Shown here piece by piece: positions 46,675 to 54,905 of a stretch of DNA of 55,604 nt. This DNA is from Chloroflexota bacterium (GTDB lineage: Bacteria; Chloroflexota; Limnocylindria; Limnocylindrales; CSP1-4), in assembly GCA_003152165.1 (NCBI GenBank), contig PLZO01000029.1, positions 1 to 55,604 on the forward strand. Reading direction: 5' to 3'. The translations under genes were made by a program, and so were the position numbers. Position 1 is the stretch's first letter; each line of letters starts with the position of its first letter. The notes beneath the pieces were generated by a model, which saw nothing but the letters and a program-made list of their open reading frames with translations, had not been told where the DNA came from and ran no database searches.

Positions 46675-47429
46675 CTGAGCAACCAAGGCAAACTGAGCAA
46701 CCATGGCAATCGGCTATCCCGGAGCATGAATGCGCGATTTACGCAGCGGCCGGATACGGGCGGCGGGTGGTCGCCGGCCGGCGACCCGCACTCATCGTCG
46801 TCGACGCCACACGGAACTTCACCGGCGACCGCCCGCAGCCGATCCTGGAGTCGATCCAACGCTATCCCAACAGCTGTGGAGAGCAAGCCTGGGGCAGCGT
46901 GGCTGCCATAGCACGTCTGCTCGACGCCGCGCACACCGCCGGCGTACCCGTGGTCTTCACACATGGCCCAGTCAACAAGACCGCATGGCCGCTGGGGGGC
47001 TGGGCGCGCACGAGTGCATCTGCTGAGCTCCCTGAGAACGATGCGGAGGGCGAGTCCTTCGTCGCCGAAATCCAGCCTCGTCCGGATGACATGGTGGTGG
47101 AGAAGCGCATGCCCAGCGCGTTCTTCGGCACGTCACTCACCTCGCTGCTCGTGGACGTCGCCAGAGACACGGTAGTGCTCTGCGGCAGGACGGCGAGCGG
47201 GTGTGTCCGAGCATCGGCGATCGATGCCTTCTCCTACGGCTTCCGAGTGCTCGTGGTCGATGAAGCCACCTTCGACCGCAGCAACACCAGCCATCTCGTG
47301 AACCTCTACGAGATCGACCAGAAATACGGAAATGTCATCGGGACTGATGACGCGGTAGAAGTGCTTGGCAGAGTCGACCCGGCGGACGATGTCGACGCTC
47401 CCGCCGACGGAAAGGAGACAGGCCAATGA
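46671..47429 (+). CDS. Isochorismatase-family cysteine hydrolase (amidase type)
   Basis: The ATG at 46671 overlaps the previous stop. A D/K/C triad context is present: ALIVVDATRNF, VVEKRMPSAFFGT and LCGRTASGCVRASAIDA. Confidence 0.85.
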   Translation: MTEQPRQTEQPWQSAIPEHECAIYAAAGYGRRVVAGRRPALIVVDATRNFTGDRPQPILESIQRYPNSCGEQAWGSVAAIARLLDAAHTAGVPVVFTHGPVNKTAWPLGGWARTSASAELPENDAEGESFVAEIQPRPDDMVVEKRMPSAFFGTSLTSLLVDVARDTVVLCGRTASGCVRASAIDAFSYGFRVLVVDEATFDRSNTSHLVNLYEIDQKYGNVIGTDDAVEVLGRVDPADDVDAPADGKETGQ

Positions 47430-47845
47430 CACGCGATACCGCATCGAACAGGCCGTCGCTGCTTACGCGCAACCCTGACGGGATGCCGGCCCCGCGCGGA
47501 TTCTCGCAGACAATCGAGACCCGCGGTCTCGTCTTCGTCTCCGGTCAGCTTCCAGTCGATCAGAACCGGCGCTTGGTCGGCGACGGTGATCCGATCGCAC
47601 AGGTCCGTCAGGTCTTTCATAACCTGAGCGTCGCCCTGGAAGCCAGCGGCGGCGGCCTGAAGCACATTGTCAAGTTTACGGCGTTCGTCGTCGGGACGGA
47701 CGCCTCTGAGGCATTTCGCACCGTTCGTGCAGAGCTGATCGAGCCGCCGTTCCCGACCTCGACAGTCGCCTGCGTCACCGAAATCGTGATCCCCGGAGCG
47801 GTCGTAGAGATCGACGCCATCGCAATCAGCGGGAGCCAAGAGTGA
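47426..47845 (+). CDS. RidA-family protein
   Basis: GLVFVSGQLPVD...QVRQVFHNLSVALEASGGGLKHIVKFTAFV...IVIPGAVVEIDAIA. ATGA overlap with the upstream stop. Confidence 0.9.
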   Translation: MTRDTASNRPSLLTRNPDGMPAPRGFSQTIETRGLVFVSGQLPVDQNRRLVGDGDPIAQVRQVFHNLSVALEASGGGLKHIVKFTAFVVGTDASEAFRTVRAELIEPPFPTSTVACVTEIVIPGAVVEIDAIAISGSQE

Positions 47846-48693
47846 CACCACCCCGAGAGACACCACCCCGCGCCCAAGGACGCATCGCCATGGCCGCTCA
47901 CAGGCAGAGTGCCTCCGCCGTGTGCGCGCCAGGGAATCGCTACGAGAGCCTGCGCGGCAAGGTGGCGCTGGTGACGGGCGCCAGCGGCGACATCGGCCGA
48001 GCCCTCGCCATCGGACTCGCCGCATCCGGCGCCGACGTCGTCGCCGTCGGACGGCGACAAGCCGCCATTTCCCGGCTGGGCGAGGAGCTCACCGCGGCGC
48101 ATGACGTCTCATTCAAAGCGGTCGTCGGCGATCTGTGCGACACAGAAACAGCCGAGCGAATCGCCGAGGAGGCGTGGCGCTGGCACGACGGCGTGGACAT
48201 TGTCGTGAACGCGGCCGGCGTCATCCTGCGCTCCGCGGCGGAGCAGACGACGCCAGCGGAGTGGGATGACACGTTCGCCGTCAACGTGCGCGGCACTTTC
48301 CTGCTGACCCAGCGGCTCGGCGAACGCATGCTTGCCGGAGTCGGCGGATCCATAGTCAACATCACCTCCCTTGCCGGCCACGCAGTGACAGGCGCGCCGA
48401 TCACATACGGTGCCAGCAAGGCCGCCCTGATCTACATAACTCGCTACCTGGCCGTGCGCTGGGCGCCGAAGGTTCGCGTAAACGCGGTGGCACCAGGCTA
48501 CATCCGGACGAGCTTGAATGAGCAGTGGCTCGAGGAGGAAAGCAATCAGCGCTATGTGCTAGATCACACCCCGATGAGACGCGTCGGAAGCCCCGAGGAC
48601 GTGCTGGAAGCGGTGCTGTTCTTGGCCTCACCAGGCGCAGGATTTATCACGGGCCAAAACCTAGGCGTGGACGGAGGTTGGAGTTCGCAGTAA
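47842..48693 (+). CDS. SDR-family oxidoreductase
   Basis: LRGKVALVTGASGDIGRAL, NAAGV and YGASKAAL. The start is GTG 47842 (GTGA overlap) or ATG 47890. Confidence 0.9.
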   Translation: MTPPRETPPRAQGRIAMAAHRQSASAVCAPGNRYESLRGKVALVTGASGDIGRALAIGLAASGADVVAVGRRQAAISRLGEELTAAHDVSFKAVVGDLCDTETAERIAEEAWRWHDGVDIVVNAAGVILRSAAEQTTPAEWDDTFAVNVRGTFLLTQRLGERMLAGVGGSIVNITSLAGHAVTGAPITYGASKAALIYITRYLAVRWAPKVRVNAVAPGYIRTSLNEQWLEEESNQRYVLDHTPMRRVGSPEDVLEAVLFLASPGAGFITGQNLGVDGGWSSQ

Positions 48694-48879
48694 GTGTTCG
48701 CCAAGGCGAACGAGTGGGATCTACGTCCTGGTATGGTCGCCGCGGAGTTCCAGTGGCCGATCGGGAACTACTGTTTCGGCGTCGAAGACGTCTTCATGGT
48801 CACCGACGGCGAGCCTGTGAATCTGATGCGTCAGCGCCAGGAGATCGGAGAACCGCGACGCGTGAGGCGCAGGTCGTGA
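48694..48879 (+). pseudogene. 3' fragment of a second M24 hydrolase gene (paralogue of 39389-41074)
   Basis: LRPGMVAAEFQWPIGNYCFGVEDVFMVTDGEPVNLMR compares with LEPGMVAAAEIQWPYRDYCIGVEDVFLVTHDEPINLTR. They share a 19-nt identical run, cggcgtcgaagacgtcttc. Confidence 0.75.
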
Positions 48880-48892
48880 GAGGAGCAGCTCA

Positions 48893-50104
48893 GTGAATGA
48901 ACTACCTGGGGGCGGGAAAAGCCGCGCCGGCCTGGCATCCCGCCTGCGGGACTTGCCACGATCCGGGATCCGCGAGGTGATGGACCTCGCGGCGACCATC
49001 CCGAACGTCATCCATTTGGAAGTCGGCGAACCCGACTTCCCGACGCCGCCGCACATCGTCGAGGCGGCTGTCCGGGCTGCCCGAGACGGCTACACGAAGT
49101 ACACGCCATCGCGCGGCTACCTGTCGCTTCGTGAGGCACTCTGCGAGAAGCTCGAGCGCCAGAACAAGGTGTCGGCGGCACCGAATGACGTCATCTTCAC
49201 GGTAGGCGGCGTTGGCGCTCTCTTCGAGGCGTTCATGGCGCTGGTGGAGCCCAACGACGTCGTGCTGATCCCCGACCCTGGCTGGCCTCACACTGAGGCG
49301 ATGGTCCTGCTCGCCGGCGGACGCCCGGTCCGTTACCCGCTCCTCCTGGAGCGCGGCTTCGAGCCCGACCTGCAGGCGCTCGAAGAGCTGGCCACGCGGA
49401 CCGCGGCCAAGGCGATCTATATCAATTCGCCGGGGAACCCAACCGGTGGAGTGTTTGGGCGGGCGACCGTGGAGGCCATCTGCGCCATCGCCGACCGTTC
49501 CGGGGCCTACATCGTCTCGGACGAGTGCTACGAGGCGATCACGTTCGGCACCGACCACGTGAGTCCGGCGTCGCTCCTGCCGGAGCGGGTCTTCAGCGCG
49601 TGGAGCTTCTCGAAGACCTACGCCATGACAGGCTGGCGGGCTGGCTATCTGCTCACCCCTCCCGGCCTTGGCGCGGAGGTGACGAAGATCCAGGAGCCAG
49701 TCATCAGCTGCGCCACTGGCATCGTCCAAAAGGCCGCCGAGGCGGCCCTTATTGGACCGCAGGAGTGCGTCTCCGAGATGGTCTCCGCCTATCGTGACCG
49801 ACGTGACCTCATCGTCCGTCTGCTCGAGGGAACCAGCCTTCTGCTCGCGGTTCCGCAGGGTGCGTTCTACGCGATGGTCGACATTTCGGCGGCCGGCCGA
49901 GATTCCCGCGCCTTCGTCCGCTGGCTGCTGACCGAGAAGGGGGTCGCCGTAGCCCCTGGAAGCACGTTCGGCCCGAGCGCGGACCGAGCGGTCCGTGTCT
50001 CGCTGGCATCCGGTCGGCGATCCCTCGCCGAGGGCGTTGGCCGGCTGGCCGAGGCGCTGGGCCAGCAACCGCGCGGTGTCGAGCTCGCCGTTTCGGGGAG
50101 GTGA
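48893..50104 (+). CDS. Class I/II PLP-dependent aminotransferase
   Basis: IHLEVGEPDFPTPPHIVEAA, INSPGNPTG and SFSKTYAMTGWRAGY (PLP Lys). GTG start after GAGAGGAG. Confidence 0.9.
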   Translation: MNELPGGGKSRAGLASRLRDLPRSGIREVMDLAATIPNVIHLEVGEPDFPTPPHIVEAAVRAARDGYTKYTPSRGYLSLREALCEKLERQNKVSAAPNDVIFTVGGVGALFEAFMALVEPNDVVLIPDPGWPHTEAMVLLAGGRPVRYPLLLERGFEPDLQALEELATRTAAKAIYINSPGNPTGGVFGRATVEAICAIADRSGAYIVSDECYEAITFGTDHVSPASLLPERVFSAWSFSKTYAMTGWRAGYLLTPPGLGAEVTKIQEPVISCATGIVQKAAEAALIGPQECVSEMVSAYRDRRDLIVRLLEGTSLLLAVPQGAFYAMVDISAAGRDSRAFVRWLLTEKGVAVAPGSTFGPSADRAVRVSLASGRRSLAEGVGRLAEALGQQPRGVELAVSGR

Positions 50105-50278
50105 ACACGTGGCGGCGTTCATCCTCCTCCGCTCCGGCCACCGCCGCTCCGACCATGCTCCGAGCTCGGGCGCGACCCTCATGAGAGCCTCGACCGCGGG
50201 GCCGCTCTCCGGGACCCGAAGGGCCGTGATGCCCTCAAGCTCTTCTCGGTCTCGAACGCCGTTGTTGAGGAGGTAGAG

Positions 50279-51067
50279 ATGCAGCGAACGTCGCCCGGTG
50301 AGTTGAAAGACCGCGTCAGCGCGGGCGAGCACGTGGTCGGTACATTCCTGAACCTAGGATCACCCCTCGCGACCGAGATCTGCTCGACGGCGGGCCTCGA
50401 TTGGCTCCTGCTTGACCTTGAGCACGGCGCCGGTCCCGAGGCCGACTTGCTGGCCCACTTGCAGGCAACGGGAAACGGGAGCGCCTCACTGGTCGTGCGC
50501 GTCGAGTCCAACGATCGACCGCGTTTCGCCCGTGCTCTCGATATTGGCGCAGCGGGTGTGATGGTTCCGCGCGTCGAAACCGCCGAAGAAGCGGCGACCG
50601 CCGTCTCCTACATGCAGTATCCGCCCGCCGGCACGAGGGGTGTCGCGCTGATGACCCGGGCGGCTCGCTTCGGCGTGGAAGGCTACGATCCGATCCACAG
50701 ATCAGCCAGCCAACTCCTCGGGGTGATCCAGATCGAGAATGAGCGCGCGGTCGCGAACGTCGATGCCATCGCCGCCGTGCCGGGCGTCGATGTGCTCTTC
50801 GTGGGCCCGTCGGACCTTACGTTCTCGATGGCAATCCCCGGCCAGACTCGCGATCCTCGTTATCTTGACGCCCTAGACAAGGTATGCGCAGCCGCCGGCC
50901 GACATCATAAGGCGGCGGGGATCCTCCTCAGGGGCATCCAGGAACTCGACAGCCACATCAGCCTCGGTTTCACATTCATCGGACTCTCTTCTGACAGCGG
51001 CGTCCTTGCGGCCGGCATGCGCGAGCTCGCAGCGGGGTTCCGGCTAGCGGCCAAGTCCAGTGCGTAA
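50279..51067 (+). CDS. HpcH/HpaI-family 2-keto-3-deoxy-acid aldolase
   Basis: VGTFLNLGSPLATEICSTAGLDWLLLDLEHG, VRVESND, IGAAGVMVPRVETAEEA and YPPAGTRG. RBS GAGGAGG. Confidence 0.85.
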   Translation: MQRTSPGELKDRVSAGEHVVGTFLNLGSPLATEICSTAGLDWLLLDLEHGAGPEADLLAHLQATGNGSASLVVRVESNDRPRFARALDIGAAGVMVPRVETAEEAATAVSYMQYPPAGTRGVALMTRAARFGVEGYDPIHRSASQLLGVIQIENERAVANVDAIAAVPGVDVLFVGPSDLTFSMAIPGQTRDPRYLDALDKVCAAAGRHHKAAGILLRGIQELDSHISLGFTFIGLSSDSGVLAAGMRELAAGFRLAAKSSA

Positions 51068-51170
51068 AGTAGCCCTCTACGTCGGGCGACGTCGTGGCGC
51101 AGCTGTCGGGACGGACACGGTGGGGCGTCCAGGCATACGGGTGTCACGGCCTCGACTCGTCCTCCGGTCA

Positions 51171-51920
51171 GTGGCCAGGAACCAGGCGACGCTGCCGGTG
51201 CTGTCGGTGGCCGTCTTTCTTGTGGCTTGGGAGATCGTTGGATCGGGGCTAAACCCGATCCTCCTCGCGACCCCATCCGCCGTCGCGATCGCGTTTTACC
51301 AGATCATCCAGGACGGCACACTCGCGCCCGCGTTCCTGCGCGCCATGGAAGTGCTCGCAGTCGGGTTTGCGCTCGCGGCGCTCCTCGGCATCGCGATCGG
51401 CGTCCTCATGGGCCGGAGTCCAGCGGCCAATCGGGTGTTGTCGCCGTACGTCAGCTTCTTCCTGGCCACACCTTTGGTTGGGGTGGTACCCCTGATCGTG
51501 ATCTGGTTCGGCATCGACTTCCGGCAGAGGTTGCGGTCACCTTTCTGATGTCCATCTGGCCCATCATCGTCGCCACATCCGAAGGCGTCCGTGACACTCC
51601 AGCGACGCGTCTACCACGCGACCGAGCGTTCGGTCATCCGGAACATCGCGATGCCGCATTCGCTGCCGTTCATCTTTGCGGGACTACGCATCGCACTGGC
51701 CAGAGCGCTGGTCGGCGTCATCATCGCCGAGATGGATGTGAGCCTCAAGGGCTTGGGTGGACTCATCACGAACTTCGGTGATTCCTTCGAGACCGCGTCG
51801 TTGATGGCTGCGATCATCACGTCCTCGATGGTCGGGGTGATCGGGACCATGTTCCTCGAGATCCTTCGTCGACGCCTCACCCCCTGGGCGGCCCGACCCA
51901 CCGCTTTGTTCGAAGCCTGA
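51171..51920 (+). pseudogene. NitT/TauT-type ABC permease with two frameshifts
   Basis: Frame A reads ...LVGVVPLIVIWFGIDF. Frame B reads AEVAVTFLMSIWPIIVATSEGVRDTPA. Frame C reads SVIRNIAMPHSLPFIFAGLRIALARALVGVIIAEM.... The first shift sits at a C-run (ttccgg where ttcccgg is expected). Confidence 0.7.
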
Positions 51921-51980
51921 GGGCCCACTTCGATGATCGCCCAGCCTGCGGCTCGTCACCTCAAACGGACGCGAGCAGAC

Positions 51981-52300
51981 ATGATGGATGCAGGCGGCCG
52001 CAGCGGGCGCATCGAAGTCCGCAACGTATCCAAGCGGGATCCCAGGCCCGGGAAGGGATTGGAGAGCCTCTCCTCGTCCTCTCGAAGGTGTCTCTGACAA
52101 TCAAGGAGGGCCGTTTCGTCTCGCCGATCGGCGCGTCGGGCTGTGGCAAGACAACGATGCTCCGGATCATGTCGGGCCTCGTGGCGTACGACGAGGGATC
52201 GGTCCTGCTCGACGGTCAGGTCGTGCGGGGGATCCCATCGTCGATCGGCTTCGTATTTCAGGAGCCGGCGCTTCTTCCGTGGCGTACCGTGCACGACGCG
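51981..52300 (+). pseudogene. 5' fragment of a NitT/TauT-type ABC ATPase (frameshifted and truncated)
   Basis: MMDAGGRSGRIEVRNVSK, then a shift to VSLTIKEGRFVSPIGASGCGKTTMLRIMSGL...GFVFQEPALLPWRTV. It then breaks off; the signature and Walker B are missing. Confidence 0.7.
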
Positions 52301-52311
52301 GCCTGCCCCTG

Positions 52312-53193
52312 CTATGACCGCTGGCCACCGTCTGCGGCGCCGGTGAGCACCGCCCACCAACGCCGGTGCGAGACCCGCACGCCCCGTCGGATGAGGCTGA
52401 CGTAGCGGGCGGCCCGGTAACCGCCCAAGCTGGAGCCCACGACGGCGATCCGTGCGGGATCGACGCGCGGCTCGTTGAGCAACAGCTCGAACGCGGCCCG
52501 CCCGGGAACCTCGTAGTCATGCCGGTTCGGCATACCGCGGAAGGCCACAGCCTCGCCGATGCCCGGCCCGTCGCACAGCAAGGTAGCGATCCCGCGCTCG
52601 GCGAGGGCGGCCGCGAGCCCACTCCCCTGCTCCTTCGTGCTGTCCCAGCCGGGAAGGTAAATGGCGCACGGCACCGCACCCTCGGCGGCCGGGCGGACGA
52701 GCCAGCCGGGGAAGGAGGTGCCCTCGTATGGCACCTCCACCCGCTGGATCGGAGGATCAGAGACGACGGCATAGGCAGTGAACAGCTCGATGGAGCGCCG
52801 GTGACCCTCCGTACGCCGAGCGTCGTCGACCGGCAGGAACGCCACCGACCACTGCACGTAGATCGCCGCCCGTCGCCACGACGAGGCGGCCGTCAGGAGA
52901 TGGCCCCGCTGCCGAGCCGTTTCCGCGCGCTCCGCGAGCCGATCGCCGATCTCGCGCCAAACCTTATGCCAGCGCTCGGGGTCGGCGGTGTGCTCAACCG
53001 ACAGTTCCTCCACCGCGCGCAAGACATCGCCCGGCGAGCCGCCGACGAACATCGCCCTCAGGGCGCCCTGAGACCAAGTGCGCATTTCGCTGAATTCGCC
53101 ACTCCAGTTCGCCGGAATTCGCCACCCTGTTTCGCGGGTTTTCGCCGCCTTCTCGGAGGCCGCGCTAGCGGCCGACGCAGGGCGCCAATTCAT
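52312..53193 (-). pseudogene. Alpha/beta hydrolase, C-terminally truncated
   Basis: It has an N-terminal helical region and a nucleophile elbow VVGSSLGGY. Only about 30 poorly conserved residues follow, so the Asp/His part of the triad is missing. It abuts the truncated ABC ATPase. Confidence 0.6.
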
Positions 53194-53247
53194 CCCCTGA
53201 TCCTCACCTCCTTCGAGCTTCGCTGGTCGGCCTAGTGTGCCACGAGC

Positions 53248-53395
53248 TCAGCGACCATCGGACGGGGCCTCGGCGCCAGCCGAGGACTTCTGCGGCTCTG
53301 CCCGCCGCATCGACTCGCCGCGCAGCTCGATCCGATGGGCTCCGGCGAGCAGGCGATCGAGGATGGCGTCGGCGATAGTCGCCTCGATGCCTATC
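53248..53395 (-). mobile_element. Second IS21-family IstB C-terminal remnant (opposite orientation to 26941-27207)
   Basis: The reverse complement reads EATIADAILDRLLAGAHRIELRGESMRRAEPQKSS...*. By eye it is about 75-80% nucleotide-identical to 27061-27150. Confidence 0.65.
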
Positions 53396-53507
53396 CATCA
53401 AGCACAGGCTGAGGGATAGGCATCAGGGGAGAAGCTCGCGAAATCAGCCCTGTTTCGAGGCGTGAGTGGGAGCCAATTTCACTGATTCCCGTTACTGACA
53501 CACACTC

Positions 53508-54653
53508 CTAGGGCGCGATGCCATTCGCCTGGTACCACCCGAGCGATTGCAACTGGTCAACGAACTGGGTGGTGAAGGCCTGCGATACGTCGACTTTGGC
53601 CAAGGCCGGGTCGGTCTTCGAGAAGAAAGACTGGGCGAGCTGGAACTCGGCCAGCGTGGGCCGTCCATTCTGGGGTGTCCATCCCGGCAGATCGGCCTGG
53701 ACGTCGGCCGTGGCGGTGGCCAGATCGATCTTCTCGAACTTCACCGCCGCCTGCGCCGCGTCGGCCGGATTGGTCAGAAAGGTGTGCAGTCCCTGAAGCA
53801 GTGACGCGACGACGGCGAGCACGGTGTTGGGGTTCTTCTGCGCGTACGCCCTCGTGGTGACCACAGCGCTCACGGGTAGCTTGCCGGTGATATCCTGACT
53901 CGCGAGCAGGACATTGAAACCGAGCGCCGCCATCGCCGGCTTCTCGGCTCGGTCGTTGAGCGACCCGGCCACACTGCCCGCGACGAGCGCGGCACGTCGC
54001 GCGGCGTCGTCGCCGATCGGCGTGATGGTCACGTCGCTGGGCGACAGCCCCAATTGCGCGAGCATGACGAGGGCCTCGCCATAGGTGTCCGATGCGAAGC
54101 TGCTGATGGCGATGGACTTGCCCTTGAGATCCGCGGCCGTCTTGACGTTCTTGGCCGTGTACAGATTGTCGGGGATGTTGTCGTGGCTCATCATCACGAC
54201 CACGAGCGGCGAGTTAGTCGCGAGGGATCCGATCGGCCCGGCCACACCCGCAGTAAAGATCATGTCAACCTGCCCGGCGAGCAGCGCGGTGACCATGTCT
54301 CCATCGGTCGTGAACATCTGCGTGGTCACCGTCAAGCCGTTCTTGGCGAACAGGCCATCTTCGACGGCGACCTCAGCGTCATGGGCCGTCGTGTCCGGGA
54401 CCGTGCCGGCCTTGACTTGGGTGACCTCGGGTGCGGGCAAGGCGCCTGGCGATCCCGCGGGGCCCGACGGCGAGGCGGAGGTGCCCGTCGCGGCGGGGGC
54501 GCTCGTCGCGGCGCTGGGCGTGCCTGTCGGCTGGCCCGGAGTAGACGTCGCCGGCGGCGTCGAGGCGGTCCCCGAGCAGGCGACCACCACGAGTGCCGCG
54601 ACCATCGGGAGCGCTAGTCGAGTCGCCCGCCTCGCGCGTCGAACTGGACTCAT
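53508..54653 (-). CDS. ABC transporter substrate-binding lipoprotein (NMT1/TauA-like)
   Basis: I start it at MSPVRR after GAGGAG. Lipobox VVVACSG and a long Pro/Thr/Ser/Ala linker, then the binding-protein core. Confidence 0.85.
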   Translation of the reverse strand: MSPVRRARRATRLALPMVAALVVVACSGTASTPPATSTPGQPTGTPSAATSAPAATGTSASPSGPAGSPGALPAPEVTQVKAGTVPDTTAHDAEVAVEDGLFAKNGLTVTTQMFTTDGDMVTALLAGQVDMIFTAGVAGPIGSLATNSPLVVVMMSHDNIPDNLYTAKNVKTAADLKGKSIAISSFASDTYGEALVMLAQLGLSPSDVTITPIGDDAARRAALVAGSVAGSLNDRAEKPAMAALGFNVLLASQDITGKLPVSAVVTTRAYAQKNPNTVLAVVASLLQGLHTFLTNPADAAQAAVKFEKIDLATATADVQADLPGWTPQNGRPTLAEFQLAQSFFSKTDPALAKVDVSQAFTTQFVDQLQSLGWYQANGIAP

Positions 54654-54905
54654 CGGTGCTTCTCCTCTGCCTTCACGGCTGGGTCGGTTGGGGGCACGCA
54701 ATGAACGAGGACGGGGGCCCATGGCCAGCGACCACGTCGCTCCCCAACGCGCAGGCCGGCAGAAGACACGAGGGCGGGTGGGCCCGACGGACCCCCCGAC
54801 TCATCCGATCGACTCCGTCTGGCTGTGATGACTGTTACACATGGGAGGTTGGGAGCCTAGCAGGTTTGTCAAGGCTGTCAAGGCCTTGCGGCGGCCGGTA
54901 GTGCA

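Noticed and set aside
46674-46709. An 18-bp in-frame tandem duplication (ACTGAGCAACCAAGGCAA / ACTGAGCAACCATGGCAA) gives TEQPRQ-TEQPWQ at the N-terminus of the isochorismatase-family protein.
   Set aside because: The duplication is real in the sequence but lies in a probably disordered N-terminal tail. It is a minor slippage event with no evident functional meaning.
50115-50278. The minus-strand reading LYLLNNGVRDREELEGITALRVPESGPAVEALMRVAPELG, in the gap between the aminotransferase and aldolase genes, looks protein-like.
   Set aside because: I could not assign a family or find a start codon, so it may be another remnant or chance. Not reported as a feature.
353-50332. Many long ORFs in the six-frame track lie antisense to or overlap the genes called above. 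Examples are 353-1003(-), 1232-2206(-), 2929-3960(-), 8227-9435(-), 10672-11439(-), 16174-17352(-), 19458-20684(-), 22084-23172(+), 30190-31614(-), 44054-44938(-) and 48902-50332(-).
   Set aside because: They are typical high-GC shadow ORFs. Their translations are Arg/Pro/Gly/Ala-rich with no recognisable motifs, and each overlaps a frame with strong family motifs and proper RBS or overlap structure.
53461-53507. A putative IS terminal inverted repeat (reverse complement TGTGTGTCAGTAACGGGAATCAGTGAAATTGG) next to the binding-protein stop.
   Set aside because: I could not find a matching partner repeat in the window and cannot recall an exact IS21-family terminus to compare. It is mentioned only as a lead under the IstB bracket finding.
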